Shown: positions 12,415-24,599, counted from the stretch's first letter. The stretch: 32,798 bases of DNA from Cirrosporium novae-zelandiae (GCA_026023565.1 JAPETS010000083.1:1-32798); one strand, 5' to 3'. Notes: a model not told the origin generated them from the sequence alone. Translations and numbers: made by a program.

Positions 12415-14037
12415 ATGTCCACTCATCACAGTGACATTCAAAGTTCGCAGGACGCTACCATGGAGAAAGATATGGAAAAGGCTGAGCCTACGTCAAACGT
12501 AGTTCCTGTGGAGTCAGCAGAATCGCATCCTCTTAAAGGCCGAAAGTTGTTATACAAAATTGCCGGCTTGGGAGTTGAAGTTCGTGGAATCACTCCTGTG
12601 CCATTGGAAGAGAGGACTAGCAATCAATATGTCAATATTTTCTCCCTTTGGTTCACCATGAGTGTGAATCTTTTACCGTATGCAATTTAAACTCACTATA
12701 ATAATTTACATCTTTCTAATTTGATTTAGTATCATTACTGGAATGACGGGAACCCTTAGTTATGGTCTCAGCCTGAGAGATAGCTCTTTAGTAATCTTGT
12801 TCTTCAGCATTCTGTGCACCATCCCTCCAGCCTATCTATGCACTCTAGGTCCCAAAACCGGACTACGACAGATGATTCAAGCTCGCTACAGTTTCGGATA
12901 TTATCTCGTCGCCATACCAGTCCTCCTAAACTTGGCTACTATCACGGGTTTCTGTGTTATTGACTCTGTGGTTGGCGGACAAGCGCTCTCTGCTGTAACA
13001 GGCGGCAGCATGTCGTCTAGTGTTGGAATTGTCATCGTAGCCCTTCTCTCTCTGCTCATATCTTTCTGTGGTTATCAAGTCCTTCACCACTATGAACGTT
13101 GGGCCTGGATTCCTGCCTCGATTGCTATTATCATAGCCATGGGTTGTGGAGGCAAGCATCTGCATGAGCAAGTCGAAACTGCGCCGCCCACAGCAGCAAC
13201 CGTTCTCTCGTTCGGGGCACTGATTGCAGGCTATCTCATCCCATGGGCAGCTATGGCATCTGATTTTGCGACCTATATCGAACCTAAAGCTCCTGGGTAA
13301 GTTTCCAAATTGATTTCCCTTAACAATCCTAATTCACTCCCAGGAAACGGATCTTCGCCTACACTTATGCTGGCCTTTTTGTTCCTACTGTCCCTCTAAT
13401 GGTTCTCGGTGCCGCCATCGGGGGCGTTGTCCCTAACAAAACTTCCTGGCTCGATGCCTACAACACCAACTCGGCTGGCGGGGTGCTCGGTGCAATGCTC
13501 CACCCTGCTGGTGGATTCGGTAAATTCATCCTTGTCATTCTCGCCTTTACGGTTCTGGGGAATGTCGCCGCAACTATGTACAGCGTCACGTTGAATTTCC
13601 AAATGCTTATTCCTGTCCTCGTAAAAGTCCCTCGTGCTGTGTTTTCGATCATCATCACGGCAATCGTGATACCTGTGTCTATCAAGGCTGCCAGCTCTTT
13701 CTTCACAAACCTCGAGAATTTCATTGGTGTAATATCCTACTGGAGTGCCGCATATGTTGCGATTGTCATCATTGAGCATTTCCTATTTCGGCACGGGGAT
13801 GCAGAATCCTACGATCCAGCAATTTGGGATGTGGCATCGGCCCTCCCGACTGGAATTGCAGCCATTGCAGCCGGTGTACTATCGTTTGCACTAGTCATCC
13901 CATGTATGGCTCAGATTTGGTATACGGGACCTATTGCAGAGACCACTGGAGATATAGGATTCGAAATGGCATTCTGCCTGAGCGGCATTTTATATATCCC
14001 GTTTAGAGCGTTGGAGATTCGGTTGAGGGGAAAGTAG
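12415..14037 (+). CDS. NCS1-family purine-cytosine permease-like transporter (Fcy2/Tpn1 group), 3 exons, about 507 aa
   Basis: Exons 12415-12677, 12730-13296 and 13344-14037 are in frame. Motifs: GVEVRGITPVP.EER, LGPKTGLRQMIQARYSFG, YERWAWIP, ASDFATY, LENFIGVISYW, WYTGPIA..GDIGFE. About 12 hydrophobic segments. Confidence 0.93.
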
Positions 14038-14714
14038 GATGTATGATGGACAGGCCGAAACAAGCATGGAACAAATAAAATAGAATAATAAGGATTTTCG
14101 TAACGCCATCTCTATCGTAGTGGGAATAAACAATAGGTCTTTATATGTTTTGACATTATAATATTCTTTGTATTGTTTTGTATGGTATTTAAGTGGGTCT
14201 AACCCATGTATAGTACCAAGTCAGCGAATGGCCAGGATTGTAACGAAAATGATCTTATCATGAATTTCTTGCAGCAAATGATTCTCTCTATCATATTTGA
14301 GTGTTCATACGGTTCCTTCATCTCGAGCGTTTCTGTGGTCCTGCAAAGTTCCACGGTGACCTTGTCCGGGACTGCTTGTATCCGAATGACGACTTGGCTA
14401 CTCGCTTTCTCTTGAGTTGAGAAATGATTTATTTGGAGCATGACCATTCTCACGATTGAACTTTTGTACTTTTGACAAATACCCACGATATCGTATAAGA
14501 CAAACGTATTAATTGTGGCTACTGATGTGGCTTCTCTTTGCTGCGTTGCGACGTCATCGGATCATGACGTCGTCGTTTTTTCCCTTCCCCACGAGCTCAT
14601 AGCAATCCAATCTTCTAATATTTCAGTCTTAGGGCCGATATCTCTTTTTTAGAACACTTGGGGGTTTAGCAAATACCAGACTTTTCTAAGGAAACCTCCT
14701 GCCCAACATCTACC

Positions 14715-17315
14715 ATGGCTTCAGTCACTGAATCCGAAAGAGAGAGCAGGAACAGCATCTCGCACGACTCGTCTGAAGAAGACCTTGCCTCCTCCGCATA
14801 TCAACCCTCCTCCGAAGACCAAGACCTAACCTCTTTTCTGAGTCCTTCACAATGCGCCGACCTCACCCTTCTCGTCGCCAACATTACCGAGGTCATGCGA
14901 AACAATATCCTAAACAATTTTAATGCTGCCGCCTTACTAGATAAGGATCTCCTAGATGACCAGCCCCCCAAATCAGAAGACGAGAGAATCATGAATACGA
15001 ACTTTGATACGGGTACTGTAGATGTGGAAGCATACGACCGGGAGAAGAAGATTAAGGCCGAGAGAGAAAAGGAGCTATCTTCACATAAAGCCAAGGAGCT
15101 GAAGAAAGCAGCGTTGAAATTCTTCGACGAGTGGAGGGAAGGAGTTATATCACGAATCGGAGAAGTCGTTAATTCTAAACAAACCATCTCACAACAGAAG
15201 GAAGAAGCTAAAAATCCGACGACTGAGCCAAATCAACCACGCGCCCCAACTACAAAGGTCAATCCTACCATGAAGGGAGGCGAGAAGTCTGCACCAAGAT
15301 TAGAAGAAATCTTTCCTCGAGTGAGGACCCCATTGACGAAATTGTCAATACCACATCGTGCTATGATCCTTCATTCAACCCTGCTTCTTCTCCTCAGCCT
15401 TGAACACTACAATGCATCGTCGCGCGTTCTACTTCTTTACATGGCTTCCAGCCTCAAACTTTCCATCAAAGCACTTCGTTCAGATGAAGAAAAGGTCGCT
15501 CAAGGTCTTCTCGCGGCCGTCAAAACTCTCTCCGCAGATGAGGAAGCCCAGAAGAGAGCTCAAACCAGTAAACACTCACGAAAATGGAAAGTTGGCCTCG
15601 CATCTGTTGCTGGTGCTGCTATTATTGGAGTCACAGGAGGGCTGGCAGCTCCGCTTGTTGCTGCAGGTGTTGGGACTGTAATGGGGGGGTTGGGACTTGG
15701 TGCTACCGCTGCCGCCGGGTATCTGGGCACTGTTGCCGGCAGCACCGTTATTGTTGGGGGCCTTTTCGGCGCATATGGAGGCCGCATGACTGGTAAAATG
15801 ATGGATAGCTATGCGCGAGAGGTGGAAGACTTTGCCTTTCTTCCTGTTCATGGTTCCCGTGAATCCTTCTCTTCTGATGACGATCCCGCCGCAGCATCAC
15901 AAGACAGGCGACTTCGGGTGACAATAGGTATTACCGGCTGGCTGACATCGAAAGAACAAATTGTTACCCCATGGAAGGTCCTTGGTAACAATGCCGAAGT
16001 GTTTGCTCTTCGTTGGGAACTAGAAGCTCTCATGAATCTGGGGAACAGCATCGAATCATTAATGGAAAGCGCTGCTTGGGGATATGCCAAAAAGGAGCTC
16101 ATCGCCCATACCATTTTTGCCGAACTTGCGGCTGCATTGTGGCCAATCGGGCTCCTCAAAGTCTCTCGTGTCGTTGATAACCCTTTCAGCGTAGCCAAAT
16201 CTCGTGCTGATAAAGCTGGCGCTGTTCTCGCGGATGCACTTATCAATCGTGCACAGGGCGAGAGACCTGTGACACTAATTGGATATTCACTTGGCGCGCG
16301 AGTCATTTATTCTTGTCTCATGGCCTTGGCCAAACGCCATGCCTTTGGTCTTGTCGAGTCTGCCGTTCTAATAGGTTCTCCATGTCCTTCGGAAATATCC
16401 ACCTGGCGGATGATGCGTGCTGTCGTCTCTGGTCGCCTTGTCAATGTCTTTTCTGAAAACGATTACGTATTAGGTTTCCTCTACCGGACCAGTAGCATAC
16501 AATTTGGGATTGCTGGACTTCAGAAGATCGAGGGGCTTCCAGGTGTGGAGAATGTGGATGTGAGCGAGCATGTAAGTGGGCATTTAAGGTATCGATACCT
16601 CGTTGGAAGTATTTTGCAGAAGCTCGGATTTGAGGATGTTGACAAGGAGGAAGTCAAGAAGGAGGAAGAGGCCTTTCAGGAATTACTGCAGAAGGAAAAG
16701 GAACAGGATTATATCCGGAAAGCCAAGAACAAAGGCCGGGGATACATTGGCAGGGATGGCAAGGACAAAGATGCACCCTCCAGACCTTCAACAGCCGATG
16801 GAAAGGAGCCTACAGAAATTAAAGACGGAAATGAAACCGCAGAAATCAAAGACGACGACTCAGAAGTAAAAGAGATGGAAAACGCAGTCAGACAGAAGAC
16901 GCAGAAAAGCTTAATGCAGTGGGCCACCGAGCAGCTATACATCAGCAAGCCAAAAGTCAACACCAAAAAAGAGGTTTCAGGGGCCGAAAAGCAACAAGTT
17001 CCTGATACAACAACTACAACCCAAAAATCCTACTACGAGCGTGCCAAAGAACAACTCCATCTCAAGAGGTCTGGAGCCGGTAGCCCTACCTCGACATCAT
17101 CATCTCCAGACAGAGAGAAAGTAAATGAGGCCAAACATGACGTAGATACAAAAACCAAGAGTGCGACTGGAGCAGGAGGGTACCTAAGTGCTGCAAGGGG
17201 GTATATGCCTTCATGGAAGAAAGGAGGCACCACTAGTCCTAAGAATGGACAACAGAGTGAAACACCTCCACCGCTTCCCGATCGACCCCCCAGCAACACC
17301 GCTTTAGAAGGGTGA
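14715..17315 (+). CDS. DUF726 / TMCO4-family protein (yeast Mil1-like, lipase-type fold), intronless, 866 aa
   Basis: Gly/Ala-rich hydrophobic segment WKVGLASVAGAAIIGVTGGLAAP; motifs VDNPFSVA..RADKAG.VLAD.L, QGERPVTLIGYSLGAR (GxSxG), SGRLVNVFSENDYVL and GHLRY; charged disordered tail. Confidence 0.92.
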   Translation: MASVTESERESRNSISHDSSEEDLASSAYQPSSEDQDLTSFLSPSQCADLTLLVANITEVMRNNILNNFNAAALLDKDLLDDQPPKSEDERIMNTNFDTGTVDVEAYDREKKIKAEREKELSSHKAKELKKAALKFFDEWREGVISRIGEVVNSKQTISQQKEEAKNPTTEPNQPRAPTTKVNPTMKGGEKSAPRLEEIFPRVRTPLTKLSIPHRAMILHSTLLLLLSLEHYNASSRVLLLYMASSLKLSIKALRSDEEKVAQGLLAAVKTLSADEEAQKRAQTSKHSRKWKVGLASVAGAAIIGVTGGLAAPLVAAGVGTVMGGLGLGATAAAGYLGTVAGSTVIVGGLFGAYGGRMTGKMMDSYAREVEDFAFLPVHGSRESFSSDDDPAAASQDRRLRVTIGITGWLTSKEQIVTPWKVLGNNAEVFALRWELEALMNLGNSIESLMESAAWGYAKKELIAHTIFAELAAALWPIGLLKVSRVVDNPFSVAKSRADKAGAVLADALINRAQGERPVTLIGYSLGARVIYSCLMALAKRHAFGLVESAVLIGSPCPSEISTWRMMRAVVSGRLVNVFSENDYVLGFLYRTSSIQFGIAGLQKIEGLPGVENVDVSEHVSGHLRYRYLVGSILQKLGFEDVDKEEVKKEEEAFQELLQKEKEQDYIRKAKNKGRGYIGRDGKDKDAPSRPSTADGKEPTEIKDGNETAEIKDDDSEVKEMENAVRQKTQKSLMQWATEQLYISKPKVNTKKEVSGAEKQQVPDTTTTTQKSYYERAKEQLHLKRSGAGSPTSTSSSPDREKVNEAKHDVDTKTKSATGAGGYLSAARGYMPSWKKGGTTSPKNGQQSETPPPLPDRPPSNTALEG

Positions 17316-17319
17316 GGGA

Positions 17320-18900
17320 AGGTATTTACAACCTGTCAGGAGATACATGTCCAGTGCCTCACGGAGAGCCAAAGAGTATAAGAAACTAGTGCTTCTCCCT
17401 CCGGCCCCCACAACCTACATTATTATCAACAACACCAACCGCCAAAATCCAGAATCTTAGAAACGAAAGCACAGGGAAACGGCAAAGCCAAACCAAACGA
17501 ACATCGAACAGCTTGAAACAAGTATAAACGAAACAAAGAAGCCCACGATAATAATTTGTATCCCTTCCTTTCCACTCCTGCATACCTCCTCCTCCTCCTC
17601 CTCCTTTCCCAAGCGACCAAATAGGATACACAAAAAACACACAAACACATAACAAAACGCATCTCTTCCCCCCCCCCCCCCCCCCCCCCCCCCCCTTTTA
17701 TATACTAATTCCTTCCTTCCCCCATGTACCTTTTATAAAGTATAGATGTAACATGTACCTAAATCATCATATATATATATATATATATCCAAAAAAAAAA
17801 AAGAAAAAGTCCTCCAAAATTAATAATAATGTCGCATTTTTTTTGGCGCTTTAAATCATTCCAATTCTCCATTTGTAGTCGTACACTCTATAGATATGAA
17901 AAGAAAAAGAAAAATAAAGTTGAGTAGTAGATAGTAGATTATTTTCATAGAATTGAAGGTATAGCCTCCTATACAGCACAGTAAGAGTGCAAATTCTAGG
18001 GCTACTAAAAATTACCAAAAGGGCTAATTTTGAGTAATTATGGCTGAGACCAAAGCTTTTTTGAATAAACTATTAGACCGGACGGGGCCCAGACCGAAGC
18101 CTCTTTGGATGGACCGACTACCCTTTTTTGCTCTGGTCTGGTCTGGTCTGGTCTGGTCTGGTTTGGTTTGGTTTGTTCCGGGCCAGTTTATTTATTTCAC
18201 AACACTTGCATAACATATAGTACAGAGCAACACGGGAATACCCTTCTCACCTCAAGGATAAGAACCTATATATACTTGAACAGAGACACGAAATCCATAT
18301 TTCCCTCCTACTTATACTCCCTTTCCATTTCTATGCTCATTTCTAAAAAAGTAAAAAGCCGAAATAGGAAACAGAAAACAGGGGGGGGCGAATATACCTC
18401 AACACATAGGTATCCGTTCAAGTACAGTATCAGTACTAGATATCTCACGTCTCCCTTTCGAGTTAGTTTACTATAGGTAAGGAATGTGTGTGTTTGGCTT
18501 TGCCTTGCCCTTTCTAACTTATCAACCCGAAATATATATATTAAAATATAGTACCGGAAATGCTAACCCAATCTGACTGGCTAGCTGGCTGGCTGGATGC
18601 ATCGTAATATATTGGATTGTGTATTTTAGGTTACATGGGGGGGTTGGCTGGTTAAGCTGGTTTGGCCTTTCTTCTTCTTCTTCTTCTTCTTCTTGGTTAT
18701 CGGTTATTGGTTATTGGTTAGAGATAATATGGGGGATTTTTGAATCAAGCAATCAATCGTAAAATACCCGAAAATAGCGCATAGAGTATAGGGGATCCTG
18801 CAATCAAGCAATTGTAAAAAAGCCGAAATTGTACATAGAGGGCAAGGAGTCCTACAAGCATTAGCTCTGTATGCATGTATGTATGCATGTGTTATCCACA
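17320..18900. repeat. Low-complexity tract: C28 (17668-17695), (AT)n, (CTGGT)n near 18133-18170, (TTC)n near 18668-18694
   Basis: Homopolymer and microsatellite runs are directly visible between two convergent genes. Confidence 0.85.
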
Positions 18901-18921
18901 CGTACATCTCCCGCTCCCGCC

Positions 18922-20806
18922 TCAGATCCATCCCGCCTTCCTAGCAACCCACCCCACACATCCGAAAGCGGCACTAACTCCACTAAACACCATCAACGGC
19001 CCATATCCGGTTCCATAACCCAAAGGCGCATTTCCCTTCCAAGGCATCCCAGCCACCAACGCCTCACCTAAGGGACCACTAACCACGCTCCCAACGCCCC
19101 TCCCAAACGCCAAGAATCCGAACACCATCCCGGAATGCGCCTTCCCATCATTCTTTCTCACTTCTCTGAGCACTCCGCACCAGGTGCTGCTGAAGCTTCC
19201 GGCAAAGAGGCCATAGGCAAGGCTGAAGATGCAGAGGAGGGGGAAGGAGGTGGCGAGGCCCCAGAGGAGGAAGATGGAGAGGGTGGAGCCAACGGTTGAG
19301 ATTAGCATGCAGGTGCAGACGTCGAGGCGGTCGATTAGGTGGCCCATACAAGTGCACCCGACCATTGCGGTGACGTTTACGAGGGCGACGGTTGTAGTTC
19401 CTGAGAGAGGAGGGAGGTGGAGAGAGGTGGCGTAGGTTGGGAGGTAGTAGGAGGGGATGAAGTACCCGAGGCCTTCGAGGATATTCCCTAGTTGGAGGAT
19501 GGTGAAGTTTCGGTTCTTCAGGAAGGAGAGGGACATCCCGTCTGCGGTTGGAGCTAGGGATGAGGGGACGCGTGGTTTGATGTGGTAGAGGAAGGGGGCT
19601 GAAAGGAGGAATACGACAATGGCCCAGATGCGGAGAGCGGTTCGGAAGTGGTATTGGGTGAGGAGCCCTAATTGGTTGTTAGTCAAGAAGAGACTATTGA
19701 GGTCTGGAACTTTATTCAATGCCGAACATCCACAATCAACAGAATCACGAGAAGGAGCTTTGATGCAATGTCACTATTGCTATCCTGCTAGAGCTCATGG
19801 CATGGTTCCCTCTTGAGTTTATGTGGGTAAATTGGTTCTAGTAGCATCACGTACAATTCATGAGAAATGGTACACTTAGACCAGCCGTTCCTGTGCCCGC
19901 CTACGACGAAATTAGCTTCTTGCCAATGGTTGCGTGCACCGTTCTCTTCAATAGGCAACGAGAATCAAAGCTTTAAGCTGGGCTTGCGAGATATAATCCC
20001 TGTCACTCCACACCAAAGTTTGTGGGGTGGTCAGGGAAATCAATCGGAGAGATCTTCCGGTGCTCGGTCGTTGCTTGTGGGGCTTGTCCATCGCTTAGGG
20101 GGTGAATCTATCACTTACCCACATAACTCCAAATGCGAGGCCCTTTTTCTTGTCAAACCATTCATCAAGATATATGACTGTTGGAGCATACATGATTCCA
20201 CCACCGATGCCATATAATAGCCCTTGTGATAATATCAGCTCAATGACGCTATCTGAGAAGCTAGCCCAGATGAGTGATACGAGCAGGATGCCGAGACCAA
20301 TGGTTGAACTCCAACGACAGAGTTTTGGCCAGTATCCGACAGCGCAGGTTAGAGGAGCACCGAGGTACATGATTCCCTAAAGACGTTGAGGGGTCAAAAG
20401 CCTGTCTCTCAAAATTTATCTGACTAAGAGAAATTGACGGCAGACCACTGCGACTGTTCCGATGACGGCAATATTGTTGCATCCAGCGAATGGTTTGGTG
20501 GTGGCATAGTAGTCTTGGAAGACACCAAAAGAGAAAGGGAAGCCTAGTCACAAATTTGGTTAAAAAATGTTGATGGGATCCAGTGCTCTGAGCTCCACAT
20601 CGAAACTTACCCCAAACTAGAGCCTCCACGAGGAAGCAACCAGCTAAGAACATCCATGCGTCTTTCCCACCATCCGCTAGAGGAAGCGGGGCCTCAACCT
20701 TAGTGCTTCCGGATGAGCCTCTCCCAACATCATAGCCATTTAGAGGCAAATGAAGAGCCTCGAGGTTGATTTCGGAAAGTTCAAATTCTGTGGGTTCTCT
20801 TGACAT
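18922..20806 (-). CDS. MFS monocarboxylate-transporter (MCT/Mch) family permease, 5 exons
   Basis: From ATG 20806: LPLADGGKDAW, LVWGFPFSFGVFQDYY, GIMYLGAP, YLDEWFDKKKGLAFGVMW, then a mini-exon near 19855-19900 (AGTGTAGLSVPFLMN) not shown in the ORF track, then WLLTQYHFRTALRIWA to the stop at 18922. Confidence 0.9.
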
Positions 20807-22559
20807 GTTCAATAGGATGAGGGGACTGAATTATGGATACTAGCAAGCTTTTTCGCGTATTCCAGAAGGGTATAGAGGCAACGAAGAAGGTAGGTCCTCT
20901 AATTTTGAAGCCTTTATAACTCGAATTAGCGCAAATAGTGCTGCAAAACTTGTTTGCTGTATTCGACTTGGCGGTGATAACCCCAGGTATAGCCCTTACG
21001 GAATTCTGTGTCTAGTTTTATGTTTTTGAAGGTAGCAAGCTTCCGGTGAACTGTAGCAAATTTCTCTTAATATACTGCCAAGTAGGGGCACGACCAATTG
21101 AATTCTAGAAAGATTAGATGAGACCTAGGAAGGCTGGCTTTCAACATGACATCACAGCATTCACCAAAAGAATATTAGGCAAAAGAAGAATATGTCATAA
21201 TGTCTAGAAATTCCCATTTGAGTTGGCCAAATAATCAAGAAACTGCAATCCAGCGGCACAGCAAGTGGGGGATGGATGGCACAGTTTTCCGAACAAACTG
21301 CCGATAAGAAAGGCTTCCATTATTGTGTCGGCTGCTCAGGAAGTGAATCACCATCGCCGCTCTCGCGCAGCTATTGCAACTATCATGAGACTGAGTAAAT
21401 TCACTGTGATGACAGTTGCAGTTATGCGCAATTTCTACTCAAGAGTCCTTAGGTGCTGACTTCGTCGATCGACTATACCCGCTTGGTAGATATTGATATT
21501 CTGAGTGATGACAGGCAAATAAACAATGCAAACAAGCTTATTTTTGGTGAGTGTTGTCCCATATGGCTAAAAATGACAGAGTCATGGTAATCCCAAATTT
21601 AGCATTAACAACATCTCTTAAATATTCTAGCTTGGTATTATTCTCTGATCTGAGCTGGTGTCTTAGATGTGAATCGATCATGGTTTGTAGTTGATCGTTT
21701 ATAGTGTCTGGACCAAGGAGCCTATTTAGAGAAGATCACGGAACCTTAGAAGTAGCCAGAAAAACTTGGGCAAGGATGAGTGGTTGGGGGTTCTTTTTCG
21801 GAGGATGAGCCGAGTATTATACCTACTTATAGTAACGGTCTTATTGGCCGTGTAACAGTTGCACGAGCGGCTGCTAGCACACCGACAGCAGACTTTCGAT
21901 ATCATCATTGTCATGGTGGTTGAGGCTATACAAAGGACAAGAAGAGACCGGCTTATTATCGGCGAGGTCTAATCGCCCTCTAGAGGTGTGGGTAGCACGC
22001 AAGCAGTGACCTGCGAGTAACCCAAGATTGGTCATCGGCCCTGGGTTATGGTAATGTTGTACCAGGTTATGCCAAGTTATACCAGGTTGTTTTCGTATTG
22101 CTGGAACAAAGACATCGGGCTAAAGTCAAGTACATGATTTCAAGATGATTATTACCACCATTTCCACCACCAAATTCCCAAATGATGTATAACGTGTAGA
22201 ATTCTACTCCACTTTAGTTGCTTATACCACGGTTTATAAGCATGTAATGCCCGATTTCATTCTTTGGAATTGTCTCCGCATCTACAGAGACGTAAGATTT
22301 CTCTCACTAGCCAACCAGCTATTTGAGATTGGCTGTGAATTTTGTGGTGCTGAAGTCATGCAAGTCAACCATGGGTTGCCATATTCCCGATAAGAATGGA
22401 GTAAGTAAATCTCTCACCGCACTGGGTGTTGAAATTGCTTCAGGTGCGCCATCAATTCTGAACAGCTTAATTTCTGTTCTACATTGTTTTCTTTCATCAG
22501 CAAAAAGCACCATCTTTGCCAGATGACTGAGAGTCAACCAAACTGCCCCATACTTGCTA

Positions 22560-24177
22560 ATGATGTCGCTCATTACCCCTAGAGCTCTCTTTTGCTCGAG
22601 CGCCCGTTCAAGCCTGATCTCATCATCCATGAGTGCTCATAGAAAGGTCCAGTTTTCCCACCTTCGCTATACTGGAATCAACTCCATTCGATCTCCGAGG
22701 TATTTTACAATAAACACAGGTTCGAATATTGCCGTTGGAGCATCTGTTGAATCGTCTTCCACTGAAACCTCACATTTCGAGTCTTTGTCTCGCGATTATT
22801 CCAATGAGGCTCATGATCCATACTGGCGCAAGGTTCCCTGCTGGTCCAATGTCACTGAGAAAGAATTCCTAAGCTATCAATGGCAGGTAAATTCAACCAT
22901 CACCGGTCCAGTTGGAGAGATCAGGTTGATGCTAAGAGTTTGTACAGATTCGCAATTCCGTTCTTGGCAACAAGCCTGCTTTGGCCCAGGCAAGACTCAA
23001 ACAGTTCCTTGAAGGCGTTTTGCCAACTCATATCCCTCACTCTGAAACCGAGAGTTTGGGCTTTGCTTCGAAGCTTGTACATATCCGCACCCGTGAGGAT
23101 TTCATCCACGACGTGATGGAAGGTATCAGTGCGGCTCCTATGTCGATTAGACTTACACCTCACATTCTGAGCGTCATCGACTGGTCAAACCCTCTCCAAG
23201 ATCCTGTACTTAGACAGTTCATTCCAATAAATTCCGCTCGCCTGCCAGATCACCCAATGCTCACTTTGGATTCTCTGCATGAAACTGAAGACTCTCCGAC
23301 TCCTGGTTTGGTCCACCGATATCCATCCAAAGCATTGTTTCTGAGTACATCTATCTGTCCAGTATATTGCAGATTTTGTACTCGTTCTTACGCTGTTGGC
23401 CTCGAAACGGAATCTGTTGAGACGAAAGCAAAAGTAAGATTTACCAAAGATCGTGAAAATGCCATGTTCGAATACATCGAGAACACGCCAGCATTAAACG
23501 ACATTGTGGTTTCTGGAGGCGATTCTTATTTACTCGATCCCCGTCGTTTGGTGCAATTAGGAGAACGTCTTCTCAACATCCCTCACATAAAACGATTCCG
23601 GCTAGCCACAAAAGGACTAGCGGTTTGTCCAAGCCGTATCGTTGACGATGCAGATGTATGGGCCGATGCTTTGATTCATGTCGTGAACAAGGGACGAGAA
23701 AGAGGTGTTGCAGTAGCCGTTCACACGCATTTCAATCACTCAAATGAGATTACCTGGATCACTCGACTAGCCGCTGAAAAACTCTTCAGAGCTGGTGTTA
23801 CTGTCAGAAACCAGTCGGTATTGCTTCGGGGCGTCAACAACGACCTGGATACTATGAAGAAGCTTATTCAGGACCTTGCAGACATGAATATCCAGCCATA
23901 CTATGTCTACCAGGGAGATATGGTAAAAGGCGTCGAAGATCTTCGCACCCCGCTTCAAGAAATTCTTGACCTGGAACATAATATCCGGGGAACAATCGCT
24001 GGCTTTATGACCCCATCGTTCGTGGTTGATCTCCCTGGAGGAGGGGGCAAACGACTGGCAACTTCGTACGAAACTTATGACAAGAAAACAGGCATTTCGA
24101 CATTTCGGGCCCCAGGGGTCAAAGGAAAAGATCGGATATTCTCTTATTATGACCCAGAGTGGTCATTGCCTGCATGA
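22560..24177 (+). CDS. kamA: L-lysine 2,3-aminomutase-like radical SAM/PLP enzyme (KamA family), 2 exons, about 518 aa, probable mitochondrial presequence
   Basis: Exons 22560-22886 and 22948-24177 are in frame. Motifs: LTLDSLHE..DSP.PGLVHRYP, CPVYCRFCTR (CxxxCxxC), VVSGGD, HTHFNH, NQSVLLRGVN, PYYVYQ.D, and VVDLPGGGGK (PLP lysine). The first 60 or so residues are R/S/L-rich with no acidic residues. The start codon is uncertain (22560, 22563 or 22629). Confidence 0.92.
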
Positions 24178-24599
24178 TGATGATTGTTGGTAATGAGAAA
24201 AATTTCCTGGAAATTGTAGCGGTGTCAGTTGAGACATGCAGCTGCTCAGCACACCAAGAACGCTTGCGAGGTGCAGATAATGAAATGTGACAATGAGATA
24301 CGACATTCAATAGAATACCTTAGAAATGAGGTTCAAGTTCCAGATGTAAGATTTCAATAAGTAGACAGGTCATTGGATTTGAAATGCCAAAATAGAATGC
24401 TATGTAGTACAAATTATCGTTTTCTGCTAAGGATTTAGGATTCAGGTCCCTGTCCTTGTCTGGTCGGAATTTGGTGCTTTGCATTTGCATCAAACAGCCA
24501 GCCACTTTTTATCAGCCGGAACATCTAGGGTTTATGCCCTAACCACCTCGGTAGACACATTTCTATTTTGAGTAAACCCAACTTCCCAACTTCCCAACA

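Noticed and set aside
14801..17299. Numerous antisense and alternate-frame ORFs over the DUF726 gene (likewise over the NCS1, MFS and NAO genes)
   Set aside because: Shadow ORFs of real coding sequence, with no recognisable motifs.
19670..20118. Apparent gap or pseudogenisation in the MCT gene
   Set aside because: A 46-nt mini-exon (AGTGTAGLSVPFLMN) with proper splice sites restores the frame.
22056..22090. Short imperfect repeat GTTRTACCAGGTT
   Set aside because: Only two to three degenerate units with no spacers; not CRISPR-like and too weak to interpret.
22319..22630. 103-aa minus-strand ORF overlapping the aminomutase start
   Set aside because: No motif and it overlaps a better-supported gene; kept only as a possible antisense ORF.
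22560..24177. Bacterial contamination or an EpmB (EF-P modification) gene
   Set aside because: The spliceosomal intron and fungal neighbours show it is eukaryotic. It has the KamA-type PGGGGK motif, and no efp or epmA is nearby.
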